DNA of 64,000 nt from an uncultured Fibrobacter sp. (GTDB lineage: Bacteria > Fibrobacterota > Fibrobacteria > Fibrobacterales > Fibrobacteraceae). Under the pieces are notes generated by a model. That model saw only the letters and a list, made by a program, of their open reading frames with translations. It searched no databases and was not told the DNA's origin. This document shows, piece by piece, positions 36,205 to 46,204 of this stretch. The position numbers were made by a program, and so were the translations under genes. Every line of letters begins with the position of its first letter. Within the stretch, counting starts at the first letter, position 1. The stretch is from positions 38,342 through 102,341 of the forward strand of contig CAMKLO010000004.1 in assembly GCA_946413655.1 (NCBI GenBank), read 5' to 3'.

Positions 36205-38047
36205 CGATACTTCGGAGAACGAGGCGCGCGTCCGCAGGAACTGGAATGTCCTGATTTTTCTGACCGGGGCGTTCATTCTTTTTCTAGTTATTCTGTTCAA
36301 GCTTTTTTCGTTACAGTACATCCATTACGAAGAGAACTTCCAGCGCTCCGAGAATAACCGCTTGCGCCGAATAGAGCTGATTGCGGACCGCGGCTATATT
36401 TACGACAGGAACGGGAATGTGCTGGTGCGGAACCGTCCTTCGTACCAGATTGCGCTCCAGGCGCTTGAAATGCCGAAAAAGAAGGCCGACAGGGATTCGG
36501 TATTCAGGAGGCTCCTCGATATTCGCGACTCGACGGGAACGCGTCTCTTTGATTCGCTGTCGCTCGATACGGCATTCCAGAGGATTCGCTGGGTGAGGAC
36601 GCATCCGGTCCGTATTCTGGAAGATGCAACGATGGAGCAGGTGGCGGTTATTGAAGAACATTCGACGGAATTGCCTGGTGTTTCCGTGATTATCGAGTCT
36701 CGTCGAGAGTACCCGTATGGAACGCTTGCTTCGCACGTGCTGGGCTACACGAGCGAAATTTCGGAAGAGCAGCTGAAACTTCCGGAGTATGCGTCTTATT
36801 CGCAGGGCGACCGTATCGGTCAAAAGGGACTGGAGCAGGAATACGACAAGGAATTCCGCGGGACGAATGGCCTCAAACTTGTCGAGGTCAATGCTTCGGG
36901 GCGCGAAGTGCGTACGCTTTCGGATGTGGGGGCGTTGATTGAGCCTAAGTCTGGGCTTCATATGATTTCGACCATCGATTTGAAATTGCAGAAGGTGGCC
37001 GAAGCTGCGATTCCCGATACGGCAAGGGGTGCCTTGGTCGCGATTGATCCGCGGAATGGTGAAATCTTGGCGATGGTTTCTTCGCCGCGCCTAGACCCGA
37101 ACATCTTTTCGCTGAAGCGCCGTGAGCGCAACAAGGGCTGGGCTCATGTGGCTCTTGATACGCTGCGTCCGCTCAATAATCGAGCGATTGCCGGTATTTA
37201 CCCTCCGGCCTCCGTGTTCAAATTGGCGACGGCCGGTGCAGGTCTCGAAAACGGAATCATCTCGGAGACGAAGTATTACCCGAGGCCCTGTATTGGCGGC
37301 TATCAGTACGGAGCACGTTATCAGAAATGCTGGGGTGTACATGGAAACTTGAACGTGGTGCATGCACTTCGCCTTTCTTGCGACGTGTATTTTTACCAGG
37401 CGGGCCTTGAAATCGATATGACTCGTATAAACGAATTCGCACGCCGTTTCGGTTATGGTGAAAAACTACTTGGCGTGGATATCCCCGGTGAACGTGCGGG
37501 CTGGCTCCCGGATTCGGCGTCGTTCAATCGCAGGAATAAGCGGTTGGGGTGGCGTTGGGCGCGCGGGCTTATCCTGAATCTTTCAATTGGGCAGGGGCAG
37601 ATGGTGACTCCTTTGCAGCAGGCCGTCTTTGTCGGTTCGCTAGCGACAAACAAGGGCGTCTATCGCCCGCACTTTATGAAAGAACTGCGTGACGCCCAGG
37701 GCAATGTGGTGCGTCGCTTTGAACCTGAAATCATCCGTTCAGGGACAATGAAGCCCGAGACGCACCGCGTGTTGATGAACGCTATGGATTCCGTGGTGAA
37801 TCATCCGGGCGGAACCGGAAAGAGAGGCGCTGTTCCTGGTATCCGTGTCGGTGGAAAGACAGGTTCTGGCGAATGGAAAAAGGGGCAGAAAACTCATGCC
37901 TGGTTTGCTGCCGTTGCTCCGCTTGATGATCCGCAAATTGCGGTGGCCGTTGTTATGGAAGCGGCCGGTGGCGGTGGCAGCGTGGCGGCTCCAATTGCCC
38001 GCAAGGTGCTGATGGCTTTCTTCGGAAAGGAGGAAGAGAAAAAATGA
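36197..38047 (+). CDS. mrdA: penicillin-binding protein 2
   Basis: SENNR, RGYIYDRNG, SVFK, SCD, KTG motifs. Confidence 0.95.
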   Translation: MYNDTSENEARVRRNWNVLIFLTGAFILFLVILFKLFSLQYIHYEENFQRSENNRLRRIELIADRGYIYDRNGNVLVRNRPSYQIALQALEMPKKKADRDSVFRRLLDIRDSTGTRLFDSLSLDTAFQRIRWVRTHPVRILEDATMEQVAVIEEHSTELPGVSVIIESRREYPYGTLASHVLGYTSEISEEQLKLPEYASYSQGDRIGQKGLEQEYDKEFRGTNGLKLVEVNASGREVRTLSDVGALIEPKSGLHMISTIDLKLQKVAEAAIPDTARGALVAIDPRNGEILAMVSSPRLDPNIFSLKRRERNKGWAHVALDTLRPLNNRAIAGIYPPASVFKLATAGAGLENGIISETKYYPRPCIGGYQYGARYQKCWGVHGNLNVVHALRLSCDVYFYQAGLEIDMTRINEFARRFGYGEKLLGVDIPGERAGWLPDSASFNRRNKRLGWRWARGLILNLSIGQGQMVTPLQQAVFVGSLATNKGVYRPHFMKELRDAQGNVVRRFEPEIIRSGTMKPETHRVLMNAMDSVVNHPGGTGKRGAVPGIRVGGKTGSGEWKKGQKTHAWFAAVAPLDDPQIAVAVVMEAAGGGGSVAAPIARKVLMAFFGKEEEKK

Positions 38048-39291
38048 GTTCCGGTCGTTTTTTAGATAAGTCGCTGAAGTTCGACTGGCTCTTTATCGGG
38101 GTGACGATTACGCTCATGATTTGCGGCGTTTCGTTAGTCTATTCGGCAACGGTCAACGAGGAACTCGTTTTTTACGAAACCCACTGGTTCAGGCAGATTA
38201 TCTTTTTCGTGACGGGGATAGCTATCGCTGTTGGACTTGTGTTTGTAAAAATTGACTGGCTCAAACGGGCGGCGGTACCGTCTTACGTGTTTGCGCTTGT
38301 CATGTTGGTGTTCGTGCTTTTTTTTGCTGGAGACGTTAAAGGGGCTGGGCGTTGGATAGACTTGAAGGTCATTAAACTCCAGCCTTCGGAATTTGCCAAA
38401 ATAGCTTACCTCATCACGATTTCGTATTGGCTATCCAAACATCCGGTTAGTTTGTTTAAACTCAAGACGTTCGCCGTTCCGCTAGGACTTTTTATTGTAC
38501 CTTTCGCGCTTGTGCTCAAGCAGCCGGATTTGAGTACGGCACTTGTGTTTACGGCGGTGACGCTGGTGGGGTTCTTTTTTGCGGGGCTGACATTTACAGA
38601 CATGTTCCTGATTTTGAGTCCAGTGCTTTCGGTGCTGTTTTCTCATTCGCAGTCCATGGTGTTCCAGGTGTTATGGGGTGTGCTCATTTGTTTGGTCGTG
38701 TTGTCGGTGGTCCGCAGGCATTTGCCCAAAAGGCTTTCGGGCGTGATTGTCGCAACGAACATCTTGGCGGGATATGCAAGTTCGATGGTCTGGAATATGC
38801 TGGAACCGCACCAACAGAAGCGCGTGAACACGTTCCTCAATCCGATGAGCGACCCGCTGGGTGATGGTTACCAAGTGCTCCAGTCGTTGACGGCTATAGG
38901 CAGCGGGGGTATTGGCGGCAAGGGCTTTGGCAATGGTTCGCAGACGAATCTTTCGTTTTTGCCCGAAGAACATACGGACTTTATTTTCAGCGTGCTGGGT
39001 GAACAGTTCGGCTTTGTCGGGTGTGCCGCGATTCTTTGCCTTTTTGCGCTCTTCCTGTGGCGTGCGTCATCTATTTGCAAGACGAACGACGATCCGTTCG
39101 TGACGCTTTTGACGATGGGGGCATGTACGATTTTCCTGTTCCACATTACGGTGAATATAGCGATGACCATTGGGCTTATGCCGGTGACCGGACTTCCGTT
39201 GCCGTTTCTCTCTTATGGCGGATCGTTTGCGCTAGTATGCCTGTTCCTTGTCGGACTTTTGGTGTGCCTGAGGTATCAGGGGAGTAAGTAG
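38044..39291 (+). CDS. rodA: rod shape-determining protein RodA
   Basis: LQPSEFAK, QPDL, LPEEHTDFIF, LPFLSYGGS. Confidence 0.95.
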   Translation: MSSGRFLDKSLKFDWLFIGVTITLMICGVSLVYSATVNEELVFYETHWFRQIIFFVTGIAIAVGLVFVKIDWLKRAAVPSYVFALVMLVFVLFFAGDVKGAGRWIDLKVIKLQPSEFAKIAYLITISYWLSKHPVSLFKLKTFAVPLGLFIVPFALVLKQPDLSTALVFTAVTLVGFFFAGLTFTDMFLILSPVLSVLFSHSQSMVFQVLWGVLICLVVLSVVRRHLPKRLSGVIVATNILAGYASSMVWNMLEPHQQKRVNTFLNPMSDPLGDGYQVLQSLTAIGSGGIGGKGFGNGSQTNLSFLPEEHTDFIFSVLGEQFGFVGCAAILCLFALFLWRASSICKTNDDPFVTLLTMGACTIFLFHITVNIAMTIGLMPVTGLPLPFLSYGGSFALVCLFLVGLLVCLRYQGSK

Positions 39292-39296
39292 GGTAT

Positions 39297-39438
39297 TAGA
39301 CGAAAGACGAAAGACGAAAGACGAGAGATGCAGCGGAGCTGCAGTGGTTAGTGGCTAGTAAGCAGTGGGTTGTTGATTGTTAGAGTTATATTTCTTTCGT
39401 CTCATTACTCATCTCTCACAGCTCATCGCTCATTGCTG
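39297..39438. repeat. head-to-head heptamer arrays with a GGA-loop hairpin
   Basis: tagac gaaagac x3; tgcagc-GGA-gctgca at 39329-39343; then attactc atctctc acagctc atcgctc attgctg. Confidence 0.85.
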
Positions 39439-39524
39439 AAATTTTTTTACAGTCCAAATGCCTGAAAAAAGCGTGTTATAAAGAAGGGGCGTGTTTTGCG
39501 TCTCCGTTATAACAGGAGGCTTGA

Positions 39525-40259
39525 ATGGACGTTTTGCGGACCGTTGCAAATTTTGTTTTTGGGATGGAGTGCTTGGGGTGCGGGACTTCGTCGGAGCGGT
39601 TGGACCCGTGGCTTTGCCCGGCTTGTGCGGCGGAACTTGCGCGGGAGTCGTGTTCGCCGAAATTCCCGAATGAAGATGCGTTTTGCCTTTTCCCGATGCG
39701 GCCCTTGACTAGGCGCCTTGTGCATGCGCTCAAGTACCGCAACATTCCGGGGCTTGCGTCGTACATGGTGCGCCGTTCATCGGCGGTAAGGCATGGGCTT
39801 GTGGGGCAGGAACTCACGATGCTTGCGCAACCGCTTTATTTTGTGCCGGTCCCGCTCCATCATGCTAGGTATCGCGAACGGGGGTACAACCAGGCGGAGC
39901 TTTTGGCGGCGGCGCTTGCGACTGCAACTGACGGTAAGGTTTGCCGGTGGCTCAAGCGCAAGTCGTTCATTGTTTCGCAGACGAAACTTTCGAAGGAAGA
40001 GCGCGAACTGAATGTGGCGGGGGCGTTTGAGGCTGCGCGGTTGCGGAAGTGCCCGGAGCGGGGGAGTGTGGTCGTGGTCGATGATGTGTTTACGACGGGG
40101 GCGACGACTTCGGCATGTTTGGCTGCGTTTGGGGATGATTTCCCGATTCCGCTTAAAGTTTGCACGCTGCTTTACGACGAACCCTCGACGGCGGTCGCGG
40201 ACTTTGCTGCGGACATCCGTGCGGACTGGGATGTGTTTAGACGAAAGACGAGAGACTAG
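39525..40259 (+). CDS. comF: ComF-family phosphoribosyltransferase-like competence protein
   Basis: CLGC...LCPAC, VPVPLH, RGYNQA, VVVDDVFTTGAT. Confidence 0.92.
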   Translation: MDVLRTVANFVFGMECLGCGTSSERLDPWLCPACAAELARESCSPKFPNEDAFCLFPMRPLTRRLVHALKYRNIPGLASYMVRRSSAVRHGLVGQELTMLAQPLYFVPVPLHHARYRERGYNQAELLAAALATATDGKVCRWLKRKSFIVSQTKLSKEERELNVAGAFEAARLRKCPERGSVVVVDDVFTTGATTSACLAAFGDDFPIPLKVCTLLYDEPSTAVADFAADIRADWDVFRRKTRD

Positions 40260-40315
40260 AGACGAGAGGTTCCTGCGGAACTGTAGTAGGCAGTAGGCGG
40301 TAAACAGTGGGTTGG
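40238..40315 (-). repeat. TCTCGTC-family heptamer array overlapping the comF 3' end
   Basis: tagacgaaagacgagagacTAGagacgaga; the stop codon lies inside the array. Confidence 0.85.
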
Positions 40316-40334
40316 ATACTTTGCGAGAATTGAA

Positions 40335-40359
40335 AAAAGCTCCCCGAAGGGAGCCTTTT
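40335..40359. terminator. bidirectional terminator
   Basis: aaaa-gctccc-cgaa-gggagc-ctttt. Confidence 0.75.
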
Positions 40360-40360
40360 A

Positions 40361-40441
40361 CGGAGGAAGAGGGACTCGAACCCCCAAGCCTTACGGCGGC
40401 GGTTTTCAAGACCGCTGACTTACCAATTAGCCTATTCCTCC
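40361..40441 (-). tRNA. tRNA-Ser(TGA)
   Basis: Anticodon arm gcggt-ctTGAaa-accgc, variable arm, GGTTCGAGTCC. Confidence 0.92.
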
Positions 40442-40529
40442 AATGGGTGCGCCAAAGAATAGAAAAATTTGTGAGTTATCGTCAATAATACGTTGCATTT
40501 TAAGCAAGATTAACTATTTTTTACACACG

Positions 40530-41726
40530 ATGAGGAATCAAGACGAATATACCGATCTCGGGGACAGCAAGGTCGCTGCCCTCCTGTTTGAGTATATGCC
40601 CAAGATTGCCGCAGAGCATAGGACGGACAGTCTCTTGGTGCTCATGGCGGATTTGGGACGCCAGATTGTCCAGGCGGACCGCTGCTCTCTTTGGCTGATT
40701 GATGAGGAGCGGAACGAACTGTGGACCAAGGTCGCCCATGGTGTAGATGAATTGCGCATTCCGCTTTCGGCTGGCTTTGTCGGGTATTCCTTGAAAACGG
40801 GCGAACCCCTCTTGATTGACGACGCTTACCGCGATTCCAGGTTCGACCGCCGTAGCGATCTCAAGAACCACTACCATACGACATCGGTGATGACGATGCC
40901 CTTGGAAAGTGACGGGCGCGTCATGGGCGTGTTCCAGGCCATCAACAAAGTTGGCGAAAACGTTTTCTTTTCCAAGAAAGATTTGGAACGCCTTAAACTG
41001 ATTTCGGTTTATTCTGCAAAGACTATAGAATCGGCTGTACGTGCGGAAACCATGGAACGTTACGCGAGGGAACTGGAACGCAAGGCCGAAGAATTGAAGT
41101 CTGCACACATGGAACTCATCCGCATTTTGGGTGAAGTGTCCGAATTCCGCAGCCAAGAGGTCGGGGACCATATTCATCGCGTTGCAGAAATTTCATTGAA
41201 ATTGGCCCGCTATTTCGGTCTTTCCGAGGAACAGCAGGAACTGATTTATTACGCCTCTCTCTTGCACGATCTTGGGAAGGTCGGTATTTCGGACATGGTG
41301 CTGAAAAAGGCTGGGCGCCTCACTCCGGAAGAATTCTGCCAAATGAAGTGCCATTCCGCTATTGGGCGGACTTTGCTCCGCGATTCTAAGACAGATTTGC
41401 TTTGCATGGCTGCCGATATTGCTGGCGCCCACCATGAACGCTGGGACGGGACTGGCTATCCGGATGGGGTCAAGGGCGAACAGATTCCGCGGGCGGCGCG
41501 CATTTGCTCTGTGGCGGACGTCCTGGACGCTCTTTCGAGCCCTCGCTGCTACAAGCCTGCCTGGTCCGAAGAACGCGTGAAAGAAGAAATGCTGAGGTCC
41601 AGGGGAACATATTTCCAGCCGGAGCTGATAGATATCTTGATGGACCGCTGGGACGAGTTCTATTCTTGCTATAAGCCCGATGGCGAATTCGTCAAAAAAG
41701 GGCTTTTGCCTCCTGTAAAAGCGTAG
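40530..41726 (+). CDS. GAF + HD-GYP cyclic dinucleotide phosphodiesterase
   Basis: GAF domain, H..RV, LHDLGK, HHERWDGTGYP, VADVLDAL..R.YK; start moved to MRNQ. Confidence 0.9.
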   Translation: MRNQDEYTDLGDSKVAALLFEYMPKIAAEHRTDSLLVLMADLGRQIVQADRCSLWLIDEERNELWTKVAHGVDELRIPLSAGFVGYSLKTGEPLLIDDAYRDSRFDRRSDLKNHYHTTSVMTMPLESDGRVMGVFQAINKVGENVFFSKKDLERLKLISVYSAKTIESAVRAETMERYARELERKAEELKSAHMELIRILGEVSEFRSQEVGDHIHRVAEISLKLARYFGLSEEQQELIYYASLLHDLGKVGISDMVLKKAGRLTPEEFCQMKCHSAIGRTLLRDSKTDLLCMAADIAGAHHERWDGTGYPDGVKGEQIPRAARICSVADVLDALSSPRCYKPAWSEERVKEEMLRSRGTYFQPELIDILMDRWDEFYSCYKPDGEFVKKGLLPPVKA

Positions 41727-41865
41727 TCGGTAGAACTTAGGAATTCTGATGTGAGCCATGTCACGTCAGAGTTTTTTTTTATTTACATTGATGTTTTTTG
41801 GGGACGGAATAGTAAAAATTACCAAAAATAAAGAAAAAACCTCGATTTTCATCGAGGTCTTTTCG

Positions 41866-41938
41866 TGGTTCCGATTGGAATTGAACCAACGACACGCGGA
41901 TTTTCAGTCCACTGCTCTACCAACTGAGCTACAGAACC
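41866..41938 (-). tRNA. tRNA-Phe(GAA)
   Basis: GGTTCTGTAGCTCAGTTGGTAGAGC, anticodon loop ctGAAaa; terminator hairpin at 41836-41863. Confidence 0.95.
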
Positions 41939-42092
41939 ATTTTGGTAGCCCAATTATAGATTAATTTTTGATCCTTGTCAAGGGTAAATAGAATATTACT
42001 GTTATTTTTAAAAAAAACTACTAAATTTAATGTTGTTGGATGGTAAAGGTGCCCATGGGTTTTCTATGGGGTAACTGTTCTTTTTAGTTTAG

Positions 42093-44636
42093 GTGGTCGT
42101 CGTGATTCGCTCAAAAAATTGGATTCGAGAGATTCTTTCTCTGGCTGCAGCTTTTGGTACAGCGTTTATAGTAGGTTGTGCCGATGATACTAACGATAAC
42201 GCATTTAATGCGCCCGAGCCGCTGGGCCCTGTTTCGTCATCGGCGGGGACTCAATGCAATTCACCATCTTGTCAAAATGGTAATAAAGGTAATTCCTCTA
42301 TGGTGGATATTCCGTTATCTGCAAGTGAGGAAATTACTCGCAGAGTCGAAGGTACGGACACTATTTATGATACGACTATAGTTTATTTGCCGCCTGATAC
42401 CTTGATTCAATGGGTGGGCCAGTCCGCGTTGCGTATAACGGAAGTCGCTCCGTTGAATGTGGATTTTTTGGACGAAGAAGGAAATGACCCGGCTTGGGTG
42501 GAACTTTACAATACGAGCAATGAAGATGTAGACCTGCAGGGGTTTGCTCTTATTGAAAACTTGCCGAAACGTCTCGAAGAGCAAAAGAATATCCGCAAGT
42601 TCGTTTTCGGAAGCGACATCATCAAGGCTAAGTCCTTTAAGGTGGTCTTTTGCGACGGCAAGAACATTTCCGCTGTAAAGAGCGAAGACAAGGATGGCCG
42701 CCATACACGTCCGCATGCAGACTGGAAACTGGACAAAAAGGGCGGTACGATTTACTTGTTGGATAAATTTAACGGAATCCGTGACCAGGTTGAATATCCG
42801 GAATTGACGGCTGGCCTTAGCTGGGGCATTGTCGATGGCGGTTACTGGCAGTACTTTAACAAGCCGACTCCGGAAAAACCGAATACGGCTGCGACCGCAT
42901 ACGAGGAGATTGTTCCGCCTGCGGATATGGGCGGCATCAAGTCCGGTTTTTACAATGATGCATTTACTTTGAATCCGCCGGCTCTTGATGAAGGCGTGAA
43001 GCTCCGTTGCACGACGAACGGTTCTGTTCCTACGGAAAATTCTCCAGAATTTAATTCTCCGATGCGTATTGACCATAGTATAGCCTTCCGTTGCGCTACG
43101 TTCAAGAAGGGTGCTCTTTCGAATAAGGTTATAACACGTACGTTCTTCATTGACCAAGAGTCTGTGAAAATGCCAATTGTGGCCATTAGCGTTGATTCCA
43201 GCTTCTTCCATAAGCATTACATCAAGACTAGCTGTGACGCTCCGAAGGGATGCGCAGACAGTGCTGGCCTCTATGCCGATGTCGAGTTCCCGGTCCATGT
43301 GGAATACTTTGAAAACGGTTCTTCTACGAAGAACGGCTCCACTTGGGAAAAGGATGCCGGTATTTCTTTGATGGGTGGCTACAGCCGCTTAAATGACAAG
43401 AAGTCCGTTTCTATCCGACTCCGCGAAGAATATGAAGACGGAAGCATCAATTATCCTTTGTTCGAAACTCGCAAGGGCGTTAATGACAAGTATAAGTCTT
43501 TCAACTTGCGTAATAATGGTAACCGTTTCGTGAGCGACTACATTGAAGACGCCATGGGTGGCGCTCTCCTTGAAGGAACTAGTGTTGATTACCAGAGAAG
43601 CCGTCAGGTGGTCGTGTTCTATAACGGCAAGTATTACGGCATCCATGATATGCGTGAACGTTTCAACAAGCACTTTGTCGAAACGAATTACAAGATTGAT
43701 GCGAATTCGGTGAACTTTATCAAGCATTTGGGCCACGAAGTTGAAGTTAGCAACGGAACGGCGGACGGTTATGTAGAAATGTTTAAGTTTGTGGCTTCGA
43801 ATGACTTCTCCGGCGAAAACAATGCTAACTATGCCAAGGTCAAGACGATGCTCGATGTGGGCAACCTGGCGGATTACATGGCTGCTGAAATCTATATGCA
43901 CAATGGTGACTGGCCGAACAACAATGTGCGCGCTTGGTCCGCTCCGGGACATCCGTGGAAGTTCATGGTCTATGACCTTGACCATGGCTTTGATTGGACG
44001 TGGGGCGTGAACAATAAGGAATTCACCCAGGAATCCAATATGTTTGCCTGGATCAAGAAGGGTGGTGGAAACAAGCCTTGTAAATCGGCAGATAGTCTCT
44101 GTTTTGCAGGACTTTACAACACTCTTATCAAGAATCCGGATTTCAAGCGCATGTTCATTAACCGTTCTGCTGTGATGTTCAATAGCTTCACGAACGGCAA
44201 GAAGGTGGAAAAGATTGTCAATGATATGGTAAGCAAGATTGACGAATCTGAAATGAATCGTGACCTTGAAAAGTTCAAGCAGAATGAAAAATATTACCAG
44301 AACTCTTGCGGAGACGGTTTCAGCAAGACAGGTTCTTGCTTGAAGCAGTGGGCTGAAAAACGCGATCCGAAAGTACTTCAGGAATATCAGGAAGAATTCG
44401 GCTTGAGCGGCACGATTTCTGTGAGCCTCAAGGCTAGTGGAAACGGTGCTGTGCTTATGGAAGGCATGACGCTTCCGAGCAAGGATTTCAAGGGCAAGTT
44501 CTTTGGCGGCGTTAAGATGGAACTGACGGCCGTTTCTGATGGCGGTACGTTTACTGGCTGGAGCGATGGCGTGAACGACAATCCGCGCATTGTGACTCCG
44601 AAGGATGGCGATTCCTTTACGGCTAACTTTAAATAA
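42093..44636 (+). CDS. CotH kinase-family lipoprotein with lamin-tail and Fn3/chitobiase-like domains
   Basis: Lipobox IVGC, ITEV..N...WVELYN, CTTNGSVP, GGYSR, LRNNGN, GDWPNNN, YDLDHGF. Confidence 0.85.
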   Translation: MVVVIRSKNWIREILSLAAAFGTAFIVGCADDTNDNAFNAPEPLGPVSSSAGTQCNSPSCQNGNKGNSSMVDIPLSASEEITRRVEGTDTIYDTTIVYLPPDTLIQWVGQSALRITEVAPLNVDFLDEEGNDPAWVELYNTSNEDVDLQGFALIENLPKRLEEQKNIRKFVFGSDIIKAKSFKVVFCDGKNISAVKSEDKDGRHTRPHADWKLDKKGGTIYLLDKFNGIRDQVEYPELTAGLSWGIVDGGYWQYFNKPTPEKPNTAATAYEEIVPPADMGGIKSGFYNDAFTLNPPALDEGVKLRCTTNGSVPTENSPEFNSPMRIDHSIAFRCATFKKGALSNKVITRTFFIDQESVKMPIVAISVDSSFFHKHYIKTSCDAPKGCADSAGLYADVEFPVHVEYFENGSSTKNGSTWEKDAGISLMGGYSRLNDKKSVSIRLREEYEDGSINYPLFETRKGVNDKYKSFNLRNNGNRFVSDYIEDAMGGALLEGTSVDYQRSRQVVVFYNGKYYGIHDMRERFNKHFVETNYKIDANSVNFIKHLGHEVEVSNGTADGYVEMFKFVASNDFSGENNANYAKVKTMLDVGNLADYMAAEIYMHNGDWPNNNVRAWSAPGHPWKFMVYDLDHGFDWTWGVNNKEFTQESNMFAWIKKGGGNKPCKSADSLCFAGLYNTLIKNPDFKRMFINRSAVMFNSFTNGKKVEKIVNDMVSKIDESEMNRDLEKFKQNEKYYQNSCGDGFSKTGSCLKQWAEKRDPKVLQEYQEEFGLSGTISVSLKASGNGAVLMEGMTLPSKDFKGKFFGGVKMELTAVSDGGTFTGWSDGVNDNPRIVTPKDGDSFTANFK

Positions 44637-44662
44637 ATTAGCTGTAGCTCTGAAATGAAATT

Positions 44663-44696
44663 CGCGGCCTGGATGAAAATTCAGGTCGCTTTTTTA
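44663..44696 (+). terminator. intrinsic terminator
   Basis: gcggcctggat-gaaa-attcaggtcgc followed by a T-run. Confidence 0.75.
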
Positions 44697-44713
44697 TTTC
44701 TACATTTTGTTAC

Positions 44714-45505
44714 ATGAAAAGTCCCGTGCGTAAGATGTTCGATGGCATTGCGAGCCGCTATGATTTTTTGAATCATTTCTTGAGCTGTTATCAAGACGTG
44801 TTGTGGCGTAGGTATTGTTGCAAGTGCTTGAAGAAGATGGTTGCGGCGGACGGTGCGGACTCGGCGTCGGATGATGCGCAAGGTTTTGCGCGGAAGGTTC
44901 GTTTGTTGGACTTGTGTGGCGGCACGGGCGACTTTGCCAATACATTCCGCAAGATTTTTGAAGGTCGCTGTGCATGCAAATGTTCTTCGCAAAAGGAAAC
45001 GTCGCACGGCCTTGTTGTGGATCCGGCGGTGATTGGCGACTTTTCGTACGGGATGCTCGCCGAAGTCAAGCCGAAGAAAATAGATGCTCATGCGGTGCAG
45101 CTCGATGCGATGAAAATGCCCTTTGCCGAATGCCAGTTTGATGTTATTCTGAATGGCTTTGGAATGCGTAACGTGCCGGATGCGCGGGGCGCCTTGATGG
45201 AATCGTACCGTGTGCTGGATGCGGGTGGCTACCTTTGCGTTCTGGAATTTTTCTCGCCGAGGAATTTTTTCAATAAATTTTTCTATAAAGTGCTGGCTCC
45301 GCTGTTCATCCCGGTGATGGGCGCGTTCTTTAGTGGCAAGCGAGATGCCTACGAATACTTGGTGAATTCGATTATCCGTTTTTTGCCGGTAGATGAATTT
45401 TGCAAGTTGGCCGAGGAATGCGGCTTTGAAGTCAAGAAAGTCAAGATGTTCGATGGCGGAATTTCATTTGGCGTGTTCCTGCGCAAGCCGGTAGGTACGC
45501 CATGA
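44714..45505 (+). CDS. ubiE: menaquinone biosynthesis C-methyltransferase (UbiE/MenG)
   Basis: VRKMFDGIASRYDFLN, LDLCGGTGD, FGMRNV, AYEYLVNSI. Confidence 0.92.
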   Translation: MKSPVRKMFDGIASRYDFLNHFLSCYQDVLWRRYCCKCLKKMVAADGADSASDDAQGFARKVRLLDLCGGTGDFANTFRKIFEGRCACKCSSQKETSHGLVVDPAVIGDFSYGMLAEVKPKKIDAHAVQLDAMKMPFAECQFDVILNGFGMRNVPDARGALMESYRVLDAGGYLCVLEFFSPRNFFNKFFYKVLAPLFIPVMGAFFSGKRDAYEYLVNSIIRFLPVDEFCKLAEECGFEVKKVKMFDGGISFGVFLRKPVGTP

Positions 45506-46065
45506 GTCGGTTCGTGCTTGGAGTGACGGGGGCGAGCGGTGTCGTTTACGCGACCCGTACGGCGATGTACTTGCAACGCTTTGGCCATGAGGTGACTCTC
45601 ATTGTAACGCACCCGGGAAAGCAGGTTCTGGAATACGAAGGGCAAAGTGCTTTGTATGGCTATAGCAAGGATGTCTGCAATGTGGATGATTTTTTTGCGG
45701 AGTGTGCAAGCGGTAGCGCAGATTATGCCGGTATGGCCGTGGTGCCTTGCTCCATGGGAACGCTTGGCCGCATTGCTGGGGGAACGTCGGACAATTTGCT
45801 TGTGCGGGCGGCGGATGTTTGCCTCAAGGAACGCAGGCCGCTTGTGATTGTGCCGCGAGAAATGCCTTACAATCTAATCCACATCGAAAACATGAAACGG
45901 GTGGCGCTTGCGGGCGCGGTCGTGATTCCTGCATCGCCCCAGTTCTACAGCAAACCCGCGACGATGGAAGAACTCGTGGATACCGTGGTTGCGAAAATTC
46001 TCAAGCACTTGGGCGTGGATGCGACTCAAGTGGCTACCGTCGCACATGCTTGGGGTGGGGTATGA
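45502..46065 (+). CDS. ubiX: flavin prenyltransferase UbiX
   Basis: GVTGASG, ASGS, PCSMGTL, RAADVCLKERR, PREMP. Confidence 0.93.
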   Translation: MSRFVLGVTGASGVVYATRTAMYLQRFGHEVTLIVTHPGKQVLEYEGQSALYGYSKDVCNVDDFFAECASGSADYAGMAVVPCSMGTLGRIAGGTSDNLLVRAADVCLKERRPLVIVPREMPYNLIHIENMKRVALAGAVVIPASPQFYSKPATMEELVDTVVAKILKHLGVDATQVATVAHAWGGV

Positions 46066-46204
46066 GGTATGGGGTCGCTCCGCTTTGGGCTTTTGCTCCG
46101 CACTCAACGACAAACAACTAATGACTAACGACCAATGACTAACCACTAACCACTAACAACTTCCTACTGTCTAAAACCTAATCCCTAAAACCTATCCCCT
46201 AAAA
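46051..46204. repeat. head-to-head heptamer arrays between ubiX and ubiA with GCGGAGC minihairpins
   Basis: ggggtat gaggtat ggggtc; then actaatg actaacg accaatg actaacc actaacc actaaca; then ctaaaac ctaatcc ctaaaac ctatccc ctaaaa ATG. Confidence 0.85.
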
